A stretch of 64,000 nucleotides of DNA from Neophaeotheca triangularis. Taxonomy: Eukaryota. The stretch covers positions 310,001 to 374,000 of the forward strand of contig BAAIJX010000005.1 of NCBI GenBank assembly GCA_054600435.1. Direction: 5' to 3'. Positions 50,979-63,700 of the stretch are shown here, piece after piece. Position 1 is the first letter of the stretch; every line of letters begins with the position of its first letter. A program made the translations under genes and the position numbers. Below the pieces are notes generated by a model, which was given only the letters and a program-made list of their open reading frames with translations, searched no databases and was not told the origin of the DNA.

Positions 50979-52139
50979 AGGGAGCGGTGAACACTGATCG
51001 ACCTTAGAGGAGGGGTGTGTCTCATATTCTGGAGTCATTCTCAGCGAGCTGCTCTGCCACTATGCTTCGCTGTCATGCCTCCGGGCAAACTTGCGGCGAA
51101 CACGCGCTGAGGAATGGGAACTGGAAGGCAGGGAGAGTGAGTTGGTCACCAGAGCCCTCAGTCGTATGCCTCTAATAGTAACGCTCTGCTAGACCTCGAG
51201 TACCCCCTGTCGTAAATTCGCTGCACAACACCAGGGGGAGAAAACCGAGAGCAGGGTCAGACGCGCCCAATCTGTAGCATGTGCCTTTTGCCATGGCACT
51301 GTCCGTCTCAGTATCACTTTTAGCCTCGGAAACAGCAGCTATAGACTTGGTATTGCTGCTCCCGGCGCCAGGTTGGCCGACAAAGCCGTTAACCTAGTCA
51401 CTCCCAGGCGCCTGTCATTACAGAATTCCACGGCTCAGCTGCGTACGTGCTATGTAAAATTATTTTCATCTTACCGAGAGACATACTCTAATCACTCGGA
51501 TCCTTGGACTGAGACATTACCGTCCTTGGATGGCGGATGATGAAGATCAATGTTACGTAGGATGAGAATGAGGCTTCCGTGTACGACAGACTATGGAGCT
51601 TGAGGATGTGCCAACCAAGTCTTGGTGACCTCTAGGCGACGAAGCCTATGCAGGGAGCACGCAGATCACCCTACCAGCCAACCCTGATCACCTTGAGGGT
51701 ACTTCATGAGGAATTCGGGGGCTGAGTAGGTGCCTTGGTGATCGTTTTGATGACCTTTTATCAGAACGTCACCAAGTATGGTGTGCAGACCGGCCAATCC
51801 AGGTTGCCTTGATCGCATCTTATGAAGGGTTCAGGAGCTTCGTAGTACTACCTCAAGTCGGCTTGGGCAGCTTGGTTATCGAGGGAGCAGGGTATGCTTG
51901 GACGTCTCTGTCAAAGCTAGAACCAGTCACTGCCTGTGGACCAGGGGGAAATCTGTGCTTGAGACTCCATCAGTGCTTGGCAGAGTGGGTAGTACCGCAG
52001 TACACGAGTCTCGAGCATCACGCACACAAGGCAAGGCGCTCGCGTTAGATCAGCACACCATGGCGAGATCCGGCCGAACACTACCTTCCTAGTATGGTAT
52101 GGGTGCAGAGACTTAAGCGGCTGAGGAAACAGTCAAACA

Positions 52140-52778
52140 CCGACGGAAGCTTGCTCTTGAGGAGTAGTACTACTGTATTGAAGCGCGTCCTTACCACGAA
52201 GACGCCACCGGTTCATGCAGGGATCCACCTGCGTCGACCACGGTCGACCTACGTCCTAACTAGTGGTAGGACCATAAGTTAACGATGAGCTGACGATCTG
52301 TGAAGATTCAAGGCGGATGGCTGCAGTGATCTACAACAGGATCACCACGCCTTCTCCATGTTCTCTCCGCACTCTCGCGAGCTTGTTCGACTACAAGCAG
52401 TGTGACTCGTGTGAGCCTCTGTGTGAGAAGCCTTGCACCTCGGTGTACACTCCAGCGGTATCGACTCCCGTCTGCTTCCAAGGTTGTCTTATGGGTTTCT
52501 TTCAGAATGAACCTCTTCGTCGACCCCTCACGATGCGTGCAACGGTCAGCCAAGCGGCTAGCCAGCGGACGCGAGGAAGATCAGGGCACGACTCCTCGGT
52601 CTCCCAGCTGGTCCGTGCCACCACCTTTCTTTCGACTACATCTCTACTCTGTCGCATTTGCACACTAATAATTGTGGATAAGATTATTGTTGCCCGGGAG
52701 CAGGTAACGGGCGACGTCATTTACAATGTCTCGTGTGATCTCGGACGTTGCGGGTACAGTCCAGAACTCTTTTCGTGA
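52140..52778 (+). pseudogene. Possible decayed F-box-type gene with Cys cluster
   Basis: ORF 52317-52778 contains L..L....CDSC...VYTP....VCFQGCL...PLT, resembling the Cys cluster of fungal F-box proteins. Upstream frames are broken by stops and shifts (KLALEE*YYCI). Confidence 0.3.
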
Positions 52779-53309
52779 GTTCGTAGTCAGCTGCGCGATT
52801 GGAAAGGCGGCTCGAAACAGACGTGTAAAAGCAACCACAGTTCTCAGCGGGATAGGCTTCCAGAGTGAGTAGGGGGTCTCAAGATACCTAATACCATGCC
52901 GGGAATGGATTAGTCACATCCTTGCCGTGTGGTCCAAATCTTCCAAAGTGCTACGCTTTCTCCACGCCCTAGCCCCATCTACCGGAGGTAGCTTCAAAGA
53001 AAGGGAAATGCAGGGCCACAAAAGCCACCCGACCGGTGCTTACCCTTCTTGGTCATGTCTTAAACTCACACCTTACGGGGAGGCCTTCTCTGTCGCAATG
53101 CCAAAAGATGTCGATCTTACGGGTAGGTTCAACACTCCCTCATCGGCCACTTCGACCGAGGAGTCCTACCATTCCTTCTTTGTCCCTGAGCCACTAACGC
53201 GAGGAATGTGGCTCTTGGCGGGTGCGTATAAGTATCACATCGCAGCAGGAATGCCTGTCCCGGGCAATTATTATTGACTCGAATCCATCTGCCATCACCA
53301 GTCACCACC

Positions 53310-54533
53310 ATGAAGTTCTTCACCCAACTTGCCCTTCTCCCCCTAGCTCTGGCAGCTCCCATTCTCGAATCACGCCAGGATGCGCAACTCATTCCCAACA
53401 AGTGGATCGTCGTCCTAAGAGACGATGCCGACGACAACATCCTCAGCTCGACCGTCCAGGCTGTCACTGACGCCCTTGGCGGGTCATCCCCTGACCGTGT
53501 CTACAACATGGCAGGCTTCAAGGGCTTCTCCATGACACTCGAAAGCGCCTTGCTCAACACCGTGTCCAACCTGGCAAACATCAAATACATCGAGCAGGAC
53601 TCGCGGGTTTCCACCAACGCTCTTGTTTCGCAACAAGACCCGCCCTACGGCCTTGCGAGGATTTCTCACCGCGACAACGGCGCGAACGAATACGTCTACG
53701 ACGACAGCGCGGGCGAGGGTACCGACATCTACATCATAGACACGTGGGTGTGCCGTTTAATAATGAAAGAATTGATCCGTGCTTAGCTAACAAACTTCAG
53801 GGGAATTTATGCCGAGCACAACGACTTCGGCGGCCGAGCAACCTTCGACGCAAACTTCGCGGATGATGGGATTGACACCGACTGTAATGGTCATGGCACG
53901 CATGTAAGCGGAACTGCTGGTAGCACTACCTACGGCGTATCGAAGAAGGCCCGCCTGCACGGCGTCAAGGTCCTGAGCTGCGACGGATCGGGAGCTCAAA
54001 GCGGCGTAATCGCCGGAATCGAGTATGCTACCAACGCAGCCCGCGGCAAGAGGGCAACCGCCAACCTGAGTCTGGGGGGACTGTTTAACCAAGCCTCCAA
54101 CGATGCCGTCGAAGCCGCTGTTGCGAACGGTCTATTCATGTCGGTCGCCGCCGGGAACTCAGGTTTACCGACCTTTACGTCCTCGCCCGCAAGCGCGCCA
54201 AATGTTTGCACAATCGGCGCCATTGGCGAGGACGACAGGAAAGCTGCTTTTTCCAACTTCGGTCTCCTCATCGACGTTTTTGCACCCGGCGTTGACGTAG
54301 AATCTACCTGGATCGACGGACCCGACGACACCAACACCATCTCCGGCACTTCGATGGCTGCGCCGCACGTAGCTGGTCTCGCCAGCTACCTCTTGGCTTT
54401 GGAGGGCGACAAGAATCCTGTGGATCTCTGCCAGCGGATCAAGGACTTGTCATCGAAAGGCAAAATGGGTTTGGTCGGGGGTCTGCTTTCTCTTTCGAGG
54501 GATCGTATTGCCTTCAATGGCGCTGGGGAATAA
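53310..54533 (+). CDS. Secreted subtilisin-like serine protease (S8A, proteinase K family) with I9 propeptide
   Basis: Signal peptide; intron 53744-53800; catalytic triad motifs IIDT|GI, GHGTHVSGT and SGTSMAAPHVAG. Confidence 0.95.
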
Positions 54534-55449
54534 GATATCCGTGATACATGGATGGTAGATCAGTAGATTGAGACGACAATAACGAATTACAATGATGATC
54601 TCCCTGAGCACCTCTTGGCATTTCCACACCCTCTCGACTCGATCCTGTCTTGATCCCACAGCCTCCAAGACTGACTAATTTTCCCTTGTAAGTATCTTTC
54701 ATCCAGCTACAGCATCGGTCTCAGCTCGCCGAGGACAAACCTCAGCTTTTCTCGAACAGACCGGTAGGGGATCGAATCGAGCCCGCACAAACTCGTCGAC
54801 TACCGAGGATCGCTTCCAAACGCGACCGAACCTGGACAACCTCCCTTCAGCCTACCCTCCCGGTCAGGATCGCACCCAAAACCGGCCATGGCCAGGGGGT
54901 CAGAACGTTTTGGGGGGCGGACCTCTCTGCCCCTAGACATATCTTCGCCGTTCTTTCGGAAACAGAGATTCTTGGCCGGAGCCTGCTAGTGGGCCGCGAC
55001 ACGGCATTTCCATTCTGTCTCCACCGCCTTTTCCGACTTTCACGGCCATGCTAGCTAGCTAGTAGTACGGCGGCCTGGGTAGTGCTAGTGGCGTACTGCG
55101 GGTCTGATTTTGGTCGTGCTACTTCGAGAGGATCACCCCTGGGATTGCCACCAGAAAGGCGATGAGACAATGGGAGTGAACGAGATGAGCAAGAAAGACG
55201 ATAGAAGAAAAGCAGTCCAGGCTAGAACGCTTTAACAGAACCCCAAGTCCAGGTATCTACACCGTGCGATGCAAGTCGGCAGCCCACCTACATCAACGAA
55301 CGATCTCAAAAAGCTTCAAGCAACATATACCACCAATGCCATGACCCGAAGCCTCGTTTGACTTCCTGTCGTACGGGATACCAATGCCGCGCTTTTTCAC
55401 ACACCCCTTATCCTGTCCCATTCCCCTCTTTTTGTTCTAAATAGAGACC

Positions 55450-58400
55450 TCAAACCTCCGTCTCAATATCCGGCTGCTTCTTGGTATGATGCTTGAACAG
55501 ATCCGAAACATGGTGTTCGGCCGACTCAAGCTTCGTGTGCATCCACTCGGCGGTTCTGGGGAGCTATTCGAGCGAGAAGGAAAGGAAAAAGTCAGCTGCA
55601 AACCGCACGTAAAGTCGGGAAAGAGGACAAGAAAAAGGCGCAACTTACCCGCCACTGCAAAACTCCCCTATTCCTCCGATGCATCATGCGCTGATGGTGT
55701 CTATAATCCTTGATACGATCGATCGGCCCGGCGTGGCCGTTCCTCACGCGTTCCTTGGAATCCTCGTCCTGGCCTTTGCCGTCCTCGGCATCCTCCTGCT
55801 CCTTGGTGGCGGTGGTATCGGGTCTTGTGCCTCGGTTAGCGCGGGAGCTGTGGTGCGGGTGTGCAGGGTCGGTACCGTACTTGTCGTCTTCGTTGGCATC
55901 GTCGGAACTGTCGGAAGCGTTGCCGGTGCTGGCGTCTTCGTGGTCTTCGACACCCACGAGAGCGTCTTGCTCGTTACGCGCTTGCGCGTAGTGGTCTTGG
56001 GCTACTTCGAGCACTTCGTAGATGTCGGTTAGGTTGCGGTCTTTCATCGCCCAGTGCTCGTGGGCCGTGCCGAGGCCGCTGAAGAATTGGCATTTCATCG
56101 TGATGGTGCCGACCTTTTCGCCGCATTCTTCGAGGCAGCAGGCTGTGGCGCGGTCGTAGTCGCCTTTCCATACGGGAAGGGTAAGTTCTTGTTCGATGTC
56201 GTCGGGGATGTCTTTGAGCCAGAGGACGGCGAAGGCGGGGACATTGTCCTTTATGCGGCCTTTGTGCCGGAGTTGGATGCCTAGACAGCTGCTGTAGCGT
56301 TGGTGGACGGCGAGTTTGAGCGAGCGGTCCTTTTTGCCGTGCCAGTAGGACTTGCCGTCTTGGGTGTTGGGGTACATTTTCGCTTTGGAGAGGTTGGTGA
56401 GGAAACGCATGCGCAGACCTTGGTATTCTTTCGGAACCTCGCTCGCCGAGATGGTGCCCTTGATCTCGAGCGTCCCGACGCTCCAGCCCAGTGCTTGCGG
56501 CGGTGCTTGTAGTTGCACACTCCGCCAAACCATTGAGATGCGCACCCTTCCGTAGCCCACACCACCAGCTAGAGGAAATTGGCCATCAATTTGAGATCGC
56601 TTTGCGAACAGCTCGTGCAAAGGTAGGTGGACAATGCCAAGTAATGGATCGTTTTCGTGGACTCTGTTGTCTCGTACAGACACATAGACCTCTGCATTTC
56701 GCCAATCGGGTACGAAGCGTTCAGTGCCGGCGTTAAAGAAAGGTTTCGAATTCTTGGGCTTGGTACGGGATTTGAAAGCTTTGCGATGATTAACGATGAC
56801 AGTGCAGAAGGCTGAAGGTAGCGAGTCGCTCTCCTCTTCCTCCTCACTAGCCTCGCCTTCGACCTCTGCGTGACGCTTGTTCAACCGCTCTAAGCCGAGG
56901 CCTGTAATGTTGTGAACCGTAATGGCCAGGATGCCGCTCGGATAGTTGTCAGGCGGAGGCGATGCGATGATCATTTCATCCTGGGTCATCTTGAGCTCCT
57001 GCGCCTTCTGCTGCTCAAGCTCGCTCTCATCGCGCACAAATTTATCGCCCTTGACTTTGGCCTCGCGTAGCTTCTGATGCGTCGTCGACTCTACCTTGTC
57101 ATGCAGCTGCTGCATTGACCGAACTTCAGGGTCGTAGTTTTGCTGCTCGAGCTGACACTTTTGTATACGAGCTTTCGAAAAATACCCCACCGACCATTCG
57201 AGCTGGCCGGGCATGTCGTCGCCGGCTTTGAGTGCTCTAAACCCATCGCAGCGGTCTTGCATCTTGCCGTTGCTCTCCTCGGCCTTCATGACGGACTTGA
57301 GGTCGAGCTCGATGCGGCCGAGGTCGTTATCCGCGGTCCATCGATCAGAGTCCCAGAGCTGTACACGAATGCGTTCGTCGACGTCTAGTTCTTGCGGCGT
57401 GACGAGAAGATAAGCAGTCTCCTGCCACGAGGGGTTCATTTCGTCCATGATCAGGCGAGTACTCCACAGTGGCTTACCGAATTTTGCCCAGGCAACGGAG
57501 ACGTACGGATCAGAACCGCCTTCCTTGACGAGAGGAATACCCTGGTCGCCAACCTTGAAGTCGTAGCCACATTTGATCGTTATAACAACAATGCCACGAG
57601 CCGAAGTGTCCTTTTTGAAATCGTCGCCGGCCAACATGCCTTTCAGATCCAGCGCGAGACTCTTTGGCGCGACGTACTCGGCCAGAGCCGCATCAACAGA
57701 CGCTTGGACGAAGTTCGAGATCAAGGGTATGTCCATAATGTTGAAAGCTTTCCTGGACAGTGGAATGCAGCTCAGGTCGACTTTGGGTTGGCCGAGTAAG
57801 GTGACCGTTGCCAAAGCGAAGAAGGGAGGATCAGGCGCGAGCTGCAAACGCACGCGCAACGTGCCGACAATGCCTCGCAAGTCAACCCAAACAGGGACCT
57901 TGACATTTGATGGGAGGTAAAACGCCAGCATCATGTGCATATCCTTGGTACGGTCTCTGAATGTCTTTGCCGTCGAGCGAGCCTTGTACGCGAAGGCAAT
58001 CTCGCAATTTACAAAGTCGCCTTCCTCAGCCTCCATGCCCTCCTCTTGACCTTGACCACTGTCTTCACCGCCTGGCTGGTTTACATTCTCTCCAGTGTCA
58101 TCGTCTTGACCGTCTCCGTCCATGTCTCTGCTTGTGCCTGTGCCTTTACCCTTCTCATTCCCGTTCTGGTCCGCGTACTCTTTGCCAAGGTTGCCTTCGG
58201 CATCTACAGAGCGTGAAGCAGCGCCCGTTGGCAACCATCTGACGCCCAAGATTCGAAGGTTCTCGGAACCCTGGCCAATATCGTCCACGCTCACCATACG
58301 CACCACCTTCGGGAGCGAGGCTTGCATGACGTCCTCCAGCATGTCGGCCAGGCCGGTGAAAAGATCGGGGTTGATCAGCGGCCAGACGGCCGAGACGAGC

Positions 58401-59434
58401 GAGTTCAGCCAAACGGTGGATTCGGCCTTGTGCATGTCCGCTTCTTTGGCAGCGCGCTGGCTGTCGGCGTACCACACCTCTTCATCCCAAACGTCTTTGA
58501 TGCGGTTTGAAGTCCAGTCCCGCACGCCTGCGACTATCGCCCAGATCCCGCCAGCAGCGAGCCCGCTCATGCCCAGCCAGACACTCATGCGACCCCACGG
58601 TCTGCCAGTTTCAGGAGAGGCCCGCGCGCCGAGGAAGCCGTCCAGTCCCATGACCCTCCACATGGCGAGAACTCCTACCATTATGGCCAAAGACCCGCCC
58701 AGACCAAACCATATACCCTTGTTCGTAATACGTTGTAGCTCGTCCCTAACAACATCGTACGCAGGAGGCGGAAAGAGCTGATCGAACCCCTTGGAACCCT
58801 TGCGCATTTCCTCTGTTTCCTTTTTCAGCTGCTCATCCGACTTGTCTCTGTTCTTAATTCCAGTAGCAGTCTCATCGGTCTCGCCGTACGCGGCATCATT
58901 CTCCTCTACATCTTCGAGCGCTTTGTTGGTGAAGTCGTGAATCGTGACTGGCAAATGGGTGATGGGGTCCGTGACTTGGCGCTCAGCCCGCTGCTGATTC
59001 TGCTTTTTGTTCCTCCTCTTCATCTGCTTCCTCCGCTGCTTCGGGTCTGCCGATTGACCTCCTGTCTCCGAAGTGTCGGTGGGCCCCACCTGGTTCTGAT
59101 TTTGGTGTTGGCCATCTGCCGCCTTCTCATCGCCGCCAGTGCTCTGCTCTTCTGAAGCAGGTGCTCGGCCTTCATAATCGTCGTACTGGTCGTCGTCGTC
59201 CTCGTCGTCCTCCTCCTCCTGAACATCATCCTTGCGTCGATAGTACGCGTCCCATGCCCTTTGACCTCTCGATTCCGCGCCAGTGTTGTCATCGTTCAGA
59301 CCAGCCTTCTGCTGGCGAGCCTCCTTTTCCTCGCGATATCCTGCGATGGTGGGAATCTTCCTCCGAGCATTGTAGGGTTTCTTGTACCGTCTTTCGGGGC
59401 TCTCGGCGTCCTGTTGGCCGTGTCCATCGGACAT
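55450..59434 (-). CDS. SMP + C2 domain membrane-contact protein (Mug190/tricalbin-like)
   Basis: Two TM segments; ESTVWLN..VWPLINPDLF..LEDVMQASLP (SMP-like); C2 motifs SDPYV and QLWDSDRWTADNDLG. Intron 55648-55564 joins to the last exon LPRTAEW...DIETEV. Confidence 0.88.
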
Positions 59435-59970
59435 GGCGTCGGATACTGCCTATAGTAACGTCAAAGCTTGCTGCCGCAGCTTCTTCAGAGTCCGATTTGA
59501 CGATTCCCGAGGTCGAACTGGAAAGAGAAACTTAGGGAAGCTTCCTTCAACCTTTTTGGTTGCAGCCGGGTACAGAAGATGAAGCCAATGCGTCAAATAT
59601 GAAGGACCACGTGCAAAGCTGGGGAAGTGGCTTGGTTTGCGGTGACAAGCAGTTAAGCTCAAGGAAGCCTACGAGTAAAAAGAGGGGGGACCTGGGGGCT
59701 GGAATACCTAATGATTAATGAAAAGGCGTCACCAGCTTGCGGTTGGATTTGGAAGTGGGCAGCAAAAGCCCAAACGTCACTGGCAAGCTATAAGTTATCC
59801 AAGGTACGGTATCTAGCCTAGCTACCTCATAGGTATACCGTACGGTACAGTACCTTATTCTCTGATTCCTGATGCCTTAATTACCTCACAGGTTAAAGGT
59901 AAGTTAGGGCAACGACCGCAATGACCAGCAACCTAAAGTGGGGGGTTTTGCTGTTAAAAAGCCATCTCAA

Positions 59971-60004
59971 CCTTACCTTACACTTACCTTACCTTACCTT
60001 ACCT
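59971..60004. repeat. (CTTAC)n microsatellite
   Basis: ccttaccttacacttaccttaccttaccttacct. Confidence 0.7.
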
Positions 60005-60779
60005 AGGTACGGCCCAAAGTCTTGAAGCACCGCCCCTCCGAGGAGTGGTCAGTGGTCATTGGTCTGTAATATGGAAGATAAGATGAAAAAGTTGGCAAGC
60101 TTCACCTCCAACTTGCCCAATACCTACTTGCCCCCCCCTCCGTCACCATCACCATCACCGCTTACCTAGGTATTGATTGACAGGACCTTAGAACAATAGA
60201 ATCAATCCCGCCCCACGGCTGATATCAGGTCATGATCATCTGTCGATCCTCAGGAGAAGTAGGAAGCCAAGCTCTCGGCGACGCGTTTGCGACTTCGTGG
60301 ACCATGTCGTTGTTGTTGTTATTATTACTACCTGTAGTCCTGACCATGATAATAATACGTCTGATGAAACCATTCATGAGACACACTTCTTAGCATGCAT
60401 CGGCCGCGTCAACGCTTATCTGTTTGGTCGTAGCGGTCCATTGAGCAGGACGAGTGATGACAGCATCAACACAAGCTCAGCCAAGTCCCGTCTTTGAGAG
60501 TGGTGGACACGGCTTGACTTGCTGCCTTTGTTGCCGGCCATTTGCTGAAGAGACACGGATGCTTCTCCATAGACAAGACGGACAGTGAGGAATGATAGAT
60601 AGTGTATATACGAACGACTGCCTGCCCGCCTACAGCAGTAACGCCAAAATACGCGAATATGGTATCATCCAAGAAAGATAGAACCGCTCCAACCCTCTCC
60701 CTAACCCCTAGTCGTAACTACCTTCCCCTGAAGAAAAGGGCAATGAGCCAAAGAAGGAGGGAACTTCCATTTCTCGCCC

Positions 60780-63700
60780 TCAGTCACCCGAATGCCCACT
60801 AACCCCACTCAACTCCAATGCCACGTTCCCAATCGTGCTCACGACCCAGACGGCAATCAAACACCACCCTATCTTCTTACTCAGCACCCAGCGATTCAGG
60901 GGCACAACGACCAGACACCCGACCAGCGTCACCAGCAGCGTGACGCCCGACACCACGAGCGTCTTCTCGACCTCGATCGGGTAAGCCTTGAACCCGACCT
61001 CTTGATGCGGGTGTTTGTGTTGCCGATGCGCGTGGCCGGAGATGAGCAGGTAGCTGCCGCTCAAACCCACGCCGAGCAGGATATTGAGCATAGGTCCGCC
61101 GAAGCAGGCCGAGAGCGCCATGACGGGGTAGCCGAGGCGGGCGACGGTGATGTCGGCGACGAGGTCGCCGAGACTGTTGCCCACGGCGAAGATCGTGAGG
61201 CCCATGATGGCGTGGGAGATGTTGAGGACGACGGCCAGGGCTTTGAGCGCGCCGACGACCTGGGCGGCGATGGTGGAGATCCAGGCGATAGAGACGAGGA
61301 AGCCTGCCAGGGAGAGGATCGTGCGGTAGTAGCTGGGGCGGTGGGTGGGGGTTGTCGTTAGTAGGAAGGGGATTAGTAGGAGGGTGCTGATGAGGAGGCA
61401 GATTAGACTTGGGATTAGTAGCCAGGAGGGCTTGGTGTCAGTGGGGTCTAGCTGGCTGTAGATGCTGAGGAGGATGAAAAGTGGTCCCGTGTAGAGGTGG
61501 ATGAGCGTGAGCCAGCGATTCCAAGGTTGGGGGCTTGCGTTGTCAATACCACCGGGGGCGCTGTTGGTTCGGCGCAGAGTCTCTGCTGGGAGGAGTGAAG
61601 CCGCTTCGTGCAAGTTGTCAGTGTCCAGGGTTATCGATGGGACGCTCGAATTTGCTGATTTCGTGCGTTGGCTGTGCGCCCTCGAGCCGTAGTTGTGACG
61701 CTCCGTCTGTTCGGTGTTCATCGCCACCCCTGCAGACCCACCAACACGATGGGGTCCGAGATTAGCGAGGCTGGCGTGATGGTGCGACCCAGGCTGATAA
61801 TGTATACTCTCCACAGGGCCTTTGACATCCGTGGTACTCTGCGTGCGCTGGGGTCGTAATGGAGCACCCTTGGCTGGCACGGAATCGTAGCTTGTTCCTA
61901 CTTGCTCTTGCTCGGCTTCTTCACCATCGTCTTCATCCTTTTCAACGACGGGCAGTGTGATAGTTAGCAGAAATACACTCGGCGCAGCAACGATACCCAG
62001 AAGTTTCTCCCATACTGTTTTCTCGTTGAAGTTGTAAATCGTCGGAAACAGCGTTGACATCAAATCTCCAGGCGCCGGGAGGACATTGTATGGCCACCAT
62101 CTGATTGGCTTGCTTGATCTTGGTCCTCCTTCATCTCTCTGTTGAATGGTAGGCAGGGACTCGGGTGAGGCCATCGCTGCGGGCAAGTACAGGCTGGGTG
62201 GTCTTTCTAAGAGTGGCGAGGGCTGGTAAGGGTGTGCGGAAAGGTAAGGCGAGCCACTTCCGGATGAACGCGAGGATGCACGCGATCGGTCTCTGGGAAT
62301 AACAATTCTTGGCAAAGTCCGCGAGCGCGGGACTTCACTTGGTGACCCAGGCGGGGAAGGATGAAGCCGCATGCCAACGGGCGACGATGGAGTCTGTGAA
62401 TTTGGTGAAGAAGGAAAGAGCCGCGTCCCATCAAGGGTCGTAGGAATCTGTAAGCCTGGTGAAGGAGGATGTAGCCGCACTCCGACCGCCGACGTTGGAG
62501 TTTGTTGACCTGGCGAAGGAGGCTGTAGTCGCATCCCAGCCGGCGATGTTGGGGTCACTTGTTGGTCATCGAGACTGCCGAAGTCCGGGAACGGCTCCGG
62601 TACAGCAAGGTGGCCACGACCCGATGGTGAAGGGCGCTGGGGCTCGAGCAATTCGGGCGCCGGTCCAAGCATAGGCGAGGGCGGTAACAGCGAAAGTGTA
62701 GGTCCTTTCGTGGACCTGTTGCCCTCGCCCTCGCTTTCCGCCGCCGGCACGTCAAGAAGAGATGGCTGTGGACGATGCTCGCGGTTAGTCGATGGATCTG
62801 CGCTTGCACTACGTGCGGCTTGCCCTCGCCTCACCAGATCTTGATCTATGCGTAGCCCTGTCGCATCGTTTGCCGAGACTGCTCTTATTCTCGCAGGCGC
62901 ACTGTTGGGCACCGAAAGAGTTGGTGTCGTGGGAAGGCTAGGACTGGTCTGCGTCTGTTCGTACGACGGACGTTCGGCAGGATCTGAGTGGGTACTCATC
63001 TGATCCTGTTGCTGTGCGGTTGTAAAAGCTGGCTCGTCACTGAAACGTCTCGAATGCAGAGGATAGGTCTGAAGGTTCCTCGACTTTTGAAGCGAGCTGA
63101 GAACCGATTGAAACTCGAGTGCTCCAACCAAAGAAGGGCGTACGCGGGTAACGGTGTTCCGCCTGTTGCCAGCCACTGGGCGTGAAAGGCGCATATTGCT
63201 GTTCAAGTCTGCGATCCATCTGTCTCGCTCCTCTTCCTCCTCGTCTTCGTCTGAAGACTGGTGGCCGTAAGGTGTGCTCTGCCCCGTTCCAGCGTTCCTT
63301 TCGAGGGCCGAAAAGTCATCGGCTGAAGCGCCTCGACTGAGAGCAGGTCTGGGTGCCTCCTCGGGATCGTCATGGTAGCCCTCGTCTTCCGTCTCCAGCT
63401 CGTCGCCAGGCTGCGCATATTGTCCTCTCGCGGCAAGCTCTTGTTCCCTTCTACGTCTCTTTTTCCCAAGCCACCAATGCCAAGCCACCACCACCGCAAC
63501 ATAGAAGCAGTAGTACGCAACCATGACCAGACATTCCCACAATCGAAGCTTTCCATCGCTCAAGAACACCATGCTAAACGCAGCTGCCACCACGAAGAAA
63601 CCGACATCTCGTACAAAAGCCTTGCGCGAGACTCTGAAGGGCCTGATAAGCGCCATTGACCCGGCGACCACGGTTGTAATAAAGCCAGCAGCACCGATCA

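Noticed and set aside
54592..54674. Box C/D snoRNA-like ATGATGA...CTGA
   Set aside because: No recognisable rRNA-complementary guide and no convincing terminal stem; likely the protease 3'UTR.
60361..60385. Hammerhead ribozyme core (CTGATGA)
   Set aside because: No stem II followed by GAAA, and no stems I/III.
60345..60386. snR30/U17-like 3' end (AAACCAT-N5-AGACA)
   Set aside because: The spacing resembles the m2 motif plus ACA box, but the required m1 motif (ATATTCCTA-like) is not present nearby. An Rfam scan would settle it.
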